Assembly (NCBI GenBank): GCA_964016885.1
Contig: OZ024742.1
Span: 57,288,001-57,352,000 of the forward strand
Direction: 5' to 3'
Length of the DNA stretch: 64,000 nt
Source: Eledone cirrhosa
Taxonomy: Eukaryota
The translations under genes were made by a program, and so were the position numbers. Within the stretch, counting starts at the first letter, position 1. Every line of letters starts with the position of its first letter. The notes under the pieces are model-generated. The model was given only the letters and a program-made list of their open reading frames with translations, was not told the origin of the DNA and did not search any database. Below are positions 59,926-64,000 of the stretch, in pieces.

Positions 59926-60315
59926 CATTCCATCCCTCAGGATAGATCTTAATTCCTGATAGCATACCACATCCTATAGTCTAAGTTATCATGATGTTTT
60001 TTCCTTCTTTTCAGTTTACATCCAGTACCTTTCGTATTATCTTAACCGTTCCAAGCAAACAATGTTTTTGTAACATATCCACTGTAAGATTCAATTTTAG
60101 CTTTTTTAATCAATTTATCAAAATTCTAAGGTGCAAACGACTATTGGCATCACTTCCACCTTTTTCATCTTCCACATTCTTGAAATTTCACACTTCAGTG
60201 GGCCGTAATTTTCTTTCTATGCGAGTATCAAATGGAAAAGCTGGGTCTATCAACTGACAAGTTTTGTTTTTCTTTTCGATTACAATGATGTCTGGTCTAT
60301 TAATATTATTATGGA

Positions 60316-60495
60316 TTGGCAGTATCGGTGAAGCGTCGGGCACCATGCTTTGCAGCAAAGTGCTACGGCCCTTTATGGTCTCAGTTCAAATCCCGCCGAG
60401 GTTAACTTTGCCTTTTATCCTTACGGGGTCGATAAAATAAAGCACCAGTAATACACTGGGATAATTGCTGGCCTTCTGCGAAAAGTAGAAACAAT
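60316..60495 (+). mobile_element. tRNA-derived SINE family A
   Basis: Highly similar to 24544-24718; attattat on both flanks. Confidence 0.88.
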
Positions 60496-61015
60496 TATTA
60501 TTAGCGACTTGCGAAGTTATGTTATTGTGAGATCCGAAAAGTTTGTTGTTTTGAGTTGTTTTGAATTACTTAGTTGTGGAAAATTGTTGTTGTTAACTGT
60601 TGATAAGTTCAAATAAAAAGGACACTCCATAATATTTGGGCCAAAGGCCCAAATATTTGAACTTTATTCTTTAAAAAACAATATATTTATATATATATTT
60701 TGCTTTTGAAAACAGCTGGTGATATGCATCTAAGTAAATATTCTCTTTATTTGATAGTTTGTAACTAACCTTACATAAATCAATAACCGAGTATAGCTGC
60801 AATGTATTATCATCATCTAGAAACGATCGTAAAGCTGTGAAGTATATCTCTAATGACTTGATTTTTTATTTCATTGTTTTAATTTATATCATGTCTCTGT
60901 TTTCCTTTGAATGTTTTATTGTTTTCCTAGATTTATCTTAACCTACAACATTTTCAACATATCGATTACATCGAGTTCTTCATGCAGAATAGACCCCACA
61001 ACTTACTGTGGATAC

Positions 61016-61047
<32 letters not shown>

Positions 61048-61048
<1 letters not shown>

Positions 61049-61327
61049 ATTGGTATTGGATGCTTAAAGCGTCCGTATGCGGTAGGCCGTTTGAGCACTC
61101 GATGCTCTCACAGAGCAGAGTATGATATCACAAAAAAAGAGAATCAGTGTTGCGACGAATGGAATTATTGTCTCGTAGAATCAAGACGTATCTGAGGACC
61201 TTCCGATTTTCAGAGTCAGGTTCGATCATCACATCGATCATGCCTCGACCTGGTCGCCAGAGAAACGATTGTAATGTGTCCAATAAATTCCATTCGTCGC
61301 AACACTGATTCTCTTTTTTTGTGATAT
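61048..61327. mobile_element. (TA)n-embedded inverted pLTR remnant with long-stem-II HHR
   Basis: 61125-61170 is the inverse of 61281-61327; gacgtat-CTGAGGA..GAAA-c(gatt)g-TA-atgtgtc at 61185-61280. Confidence 0.7.
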
Positions 61328-61347
61328 ATATATATATATATATATAA

Positions 61348-63478
61348 ACACTGAACTATAAACAAATCTAAGAGCAGAATCCCTAGAAATAGAAAAACAC
61401 TCATCAGAAAAATTAAGAGAACGAACAAAAAAATCAACAAGCTGAAATACTGTCAGCAGCAACACATCAACTTGACTGCCATTTCATCACTAGAGATTAA
61501 AAAACATAACCTCCAAAACAACATAATGTCCCTCATCAACAATCAGAGAAGAGCTGAAGAGGCCTGGGCCATTGAGAAGATCAAACTCAATCCCAAAGTG
61601 TTCTTTTCATTTGCAAAAAAACACAAAATCACTGGCTCTACTGTTGGCCCTCTAATTGATGAAAATGGCACTCTTCAAGACAATGCTAAAACCATGGGTG
61701 AGATACTGCAGAAACAATACTGCTCTGTTTTCAGCAATCCTGATATGGCCGATCTGGGCTGTATCGGCGATGTTACTCCCCATTACACCTTATCGGACAT
61801 AACGTTTGGCGCCCCTGATGTCTTGGCGGCAATAAAGGAAATCAAGCATAATTCAGCAGTAGGTCCCGATAGGTTCCCTGCTTGTGTCTTGAAGGCGTGT
61901 CAACACCAACTTGCTTCTCCTCTTGCCAATCTGTGGCGGAACTCACTGGATGCTGGATATGTGCCAGAAAACCTTCTATCCCAGTCTGTTGTCCCAGTTT
62001 TCAAAAAGGGAAACAAATCCCTTGCCGTGAATTACCGTCCAATCTCACTCACCTCTCATATCATTAAGGTATTTGAGCGAGTGGTGAGATCGCGAATGAC
62101 CCACTTCCTTGAGAGTAACAATATGCTAAACTCCAACCAGCATGGATTCCGTAATGGAAGGGATTGCCTGACGCAACTACTGCATCACTTTGATGACATT
62201 TTGAGAGCCTTGGGAGAGGGTTCCAACACTGATGTTATCTACCTTGATTTCAGCAAGGCCTTTGACAGGGTTGATCATAACATTCTACTCAGAAAGCTGT
62301 CCAATATTGGTGTCACTGGAAAGCTGCTGCAGTGGATCAAGAGCTTCCTGTCAAACAGAACCCAACATGTTGTAGTTGAGGGAGTCAAATCAAGCCCAGC
62401 CAAAGTCAGTAGTGGAGTCCCACAAGGCACTGTGTTGGGCCCACTTCTCTTCATCATCTATATTAATGACATCACTGACATCATCAAACACAGCAACATT
62501 AAAATTTTCGCTGATGATTCCAAGCTCCAAAAGGTCATCAATGGCGTGGATGACCGGATAAGCCTTCAGTCAGACCTACTGGCTGTTACCCAATGGGCAG
62601 AAAAGAACAACATGTTACTGAACGAAGACAAATTCGAACTGATCCACTTTGGAAAAGAGGATGCTCTGAAACTCCCGTACTCCCTTCCCTCCGGGGAAAC
62701 TCTCGTGGCATCTAACAACATCAGAGACTTGGGAGTAACCGTGGACAGCAACATAAGCTGGACCACGCATATAAGCAGCAAAGTTGACATGGCCCGCAGA
62801 ATGTGTTCCTGGATCCTCAGAACCTTCCAGTCGAGAGATTCCCGCACCATTATCCTTCTCTTCTCTACTTTCGCCCGACCACACCTTGAATACTGTTGTC
62901 CACTGTGGTCTCCCCACACGAAACAAAGTATCATGAAACTTGAAGCTCCTCAAAGGGCAATCACGAAAAAGATAGATGGCATGTCAGACCTTGACTACTG
63001 GGGTCGATTGGAAAACCTGAAACTTTACTCACTCCAACGTCGCCGTGAGCGTTATATTATCTGCATGATGTGGAAAATGTTCCATCATCACTGCCCAAAT
63101 GATGTTGGCATCGCCTTCAAGATACACCCAAGGCTTGGGCCCCGTGCTATCCGTCCCATTCAAAAATCTAAATCGCAACTCATAACAACAATACGGCACA
63201 ATTATTTCACCTCAATCGGCCCTGCTCTCTTCAACATCACACCAGGACACGTCAAAACAGAAACTGACCACACAAAATTCAAGAAGTCTTTGGACAAATT
63301 CCTCCAAGTAATCCCGGACAAACCACCCACACCCGGATATGTCTCCGCAAACAGTAATTCTCTTCTCGAATGGGCCATGGTGCCCAAATCCTGAATTGAA
63401 AGACTTCGCCAGGTGGTGCTATTAAGTTAGACATGGCCTGGGCCAATACTGGCCAAAACATTTCAAAGTTATTCAAAG

Positions 63479-63480
<2 letters not shown>
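61348..63480 (+). mobile_element. CR1-group LINE, 5'-truncated and young, flanked by (TA)n
   Basis: Uninterrupted RT frame; 3' end ttcaaagtta x2 followed by (TA)n. Confidence 0.92.
61472..63394 (+). CDS. LINE ORF2 reverse transcriptase domain (no endonuclease domain; true start missing)
   Basis: NYRPISLTS, QHGFR, YLDFSKAFDRVDH, SGVPQGTVLGPLLF, FADD, DLGV, RPHLEYC. Confidence 0.9.
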   Translation: MTAISSLEIKKHNLQNNIMSLINNQRRAEEAWAIEKIKLNPKVFFSFAKKHKITGSTVGPLIDENGTLQDNAKTMGEILQKQYCSVFSNPDMADLGCIGDVTPHYTLSDITFGAPDVLAAIKEIKHNSAVGPDRFPACVLKACQHQLASPLANLWRNSLDAGYVPENLLSQSVVPVFKKGNKSLAVNYRPISLTSHIIKVFERVVRSRMTHFLESNNMLNSNQHGFRNGRDCLTQLLHHFDDILRALGEGSNTDVIYLDFSKAFDRVDHNILLRKLSNIGVTGKLLQWIKSFLSNRTQHVVVEGVKSSPAKVSSGVPQGTVLGPLLFIIYINDITDIIKHSNIKIFADDSKLQKVINGVDDRISLQSDLLAVTQWAEKNNMLLNEDKFELIHFGKEDALKLPYSLPSGETLVASNNIRDLGVTVDSNISWTTHISSKVDMARRMCSWILRTFQSRDSRTIILLFSTFARPHLEYCCPLWSPHTKQSIMKLEAPQRAITKKIDGMSDLDYWGRLENLKLYSLQRRRERYIICMMWKMFHHHCPNDVGIAFKIHPRLGPRAIRPIQKSKSQLITTIRHNYFTSIGPALFNITPGHVKTETDHTKFKKSLDKFLQVIPDKPPTPGYVSANSNSLLEWAMVPKS

Positions 63481-63556
<76 letters not shown>

Positions 63557-63558
<2 letters not shown>

Positions 63559-64000
63559 TCATCATCATCATCATCATCATCATTATCATCATCATCATCG
63601 TTTAACGTCGACATTCCACGCTTGCATGGGTTTGGACGGGAGTTTTCCCACTTGAGGCAAGAGTGGTTGTCTTGCTCGCATAGGACTGTCTGGCGGGTTT
63701 TCTACAGCTGGATGCCCTTCCTAACACCAACCACATTTACAGTGTGGGACTGGGAGGTTTTTACCGTGTTACCTACACGGCCACATTACAGCGTGGACTG
63801 TGTGTTTTTTTTTGTCGTGACACCTACACGACCTCATTTGTTTCGGCCTGGATGTTGTGGCACCAACATAACTTTACATTGAAAGGGGCGGTGTGGATGG
63901 GGTGTTAGAGGTGCCTACTGACTGTAGTAGGTTTTACTTTGTATTTAGGTAAGGCGGGTCTTCTCTATTACTGAGTACCGCCAAAGATCTCGGTCCAGTG
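63557..64000 (-). mobile_element. 3' end of a LINE/SINE with (GAT)n tail
   Basis: (cat)n then cgtttaacgtc..ctggatgcccttcctaac; pattern recognition only. Confidence 0.5.

Overview
AT-rich, microsatellite-saturated eukaryotic DNA. The SINE families and repeat landscape resemble an octopus/cephalopod genome (inference). No host protein-coding exon is evident, and most ORF-track entries are (TA)n/(CA)n/(TATG)n translations. The window is almost entirely transposon-derived: three Nematis-like, one Neptune-like and one Naiad-like Penelope-like element (PLE; RT + GIY-YIG); two CR1-group LINEs (one with an open 640-aa RT frame); an array of RTE-derived inserts joined by (TATG)n tails; an internally deleted Helitron; an L1/Tx1-like remnant; a solo LTR inside a long-TIR element; and many tRNA-derived SINEs. 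The most striking pattern is a large set of short non-coding elements that sit inside (TA)n tracts and are built from tandem units and/or fold-back inverted duplications. Many carry minimal hammerhead ribozyme (HHR) cores: about 15-20 intact or degenerate motifs read by eye, including palindromic pairs with a ribozyme on each strand and variants with a very long stem II. Several share a 3'-proximal TYGAGYRC motif. They look like a diverse PLE-mobilised, retrozyme-like population. All RNA structures were folded by hand and are untested.
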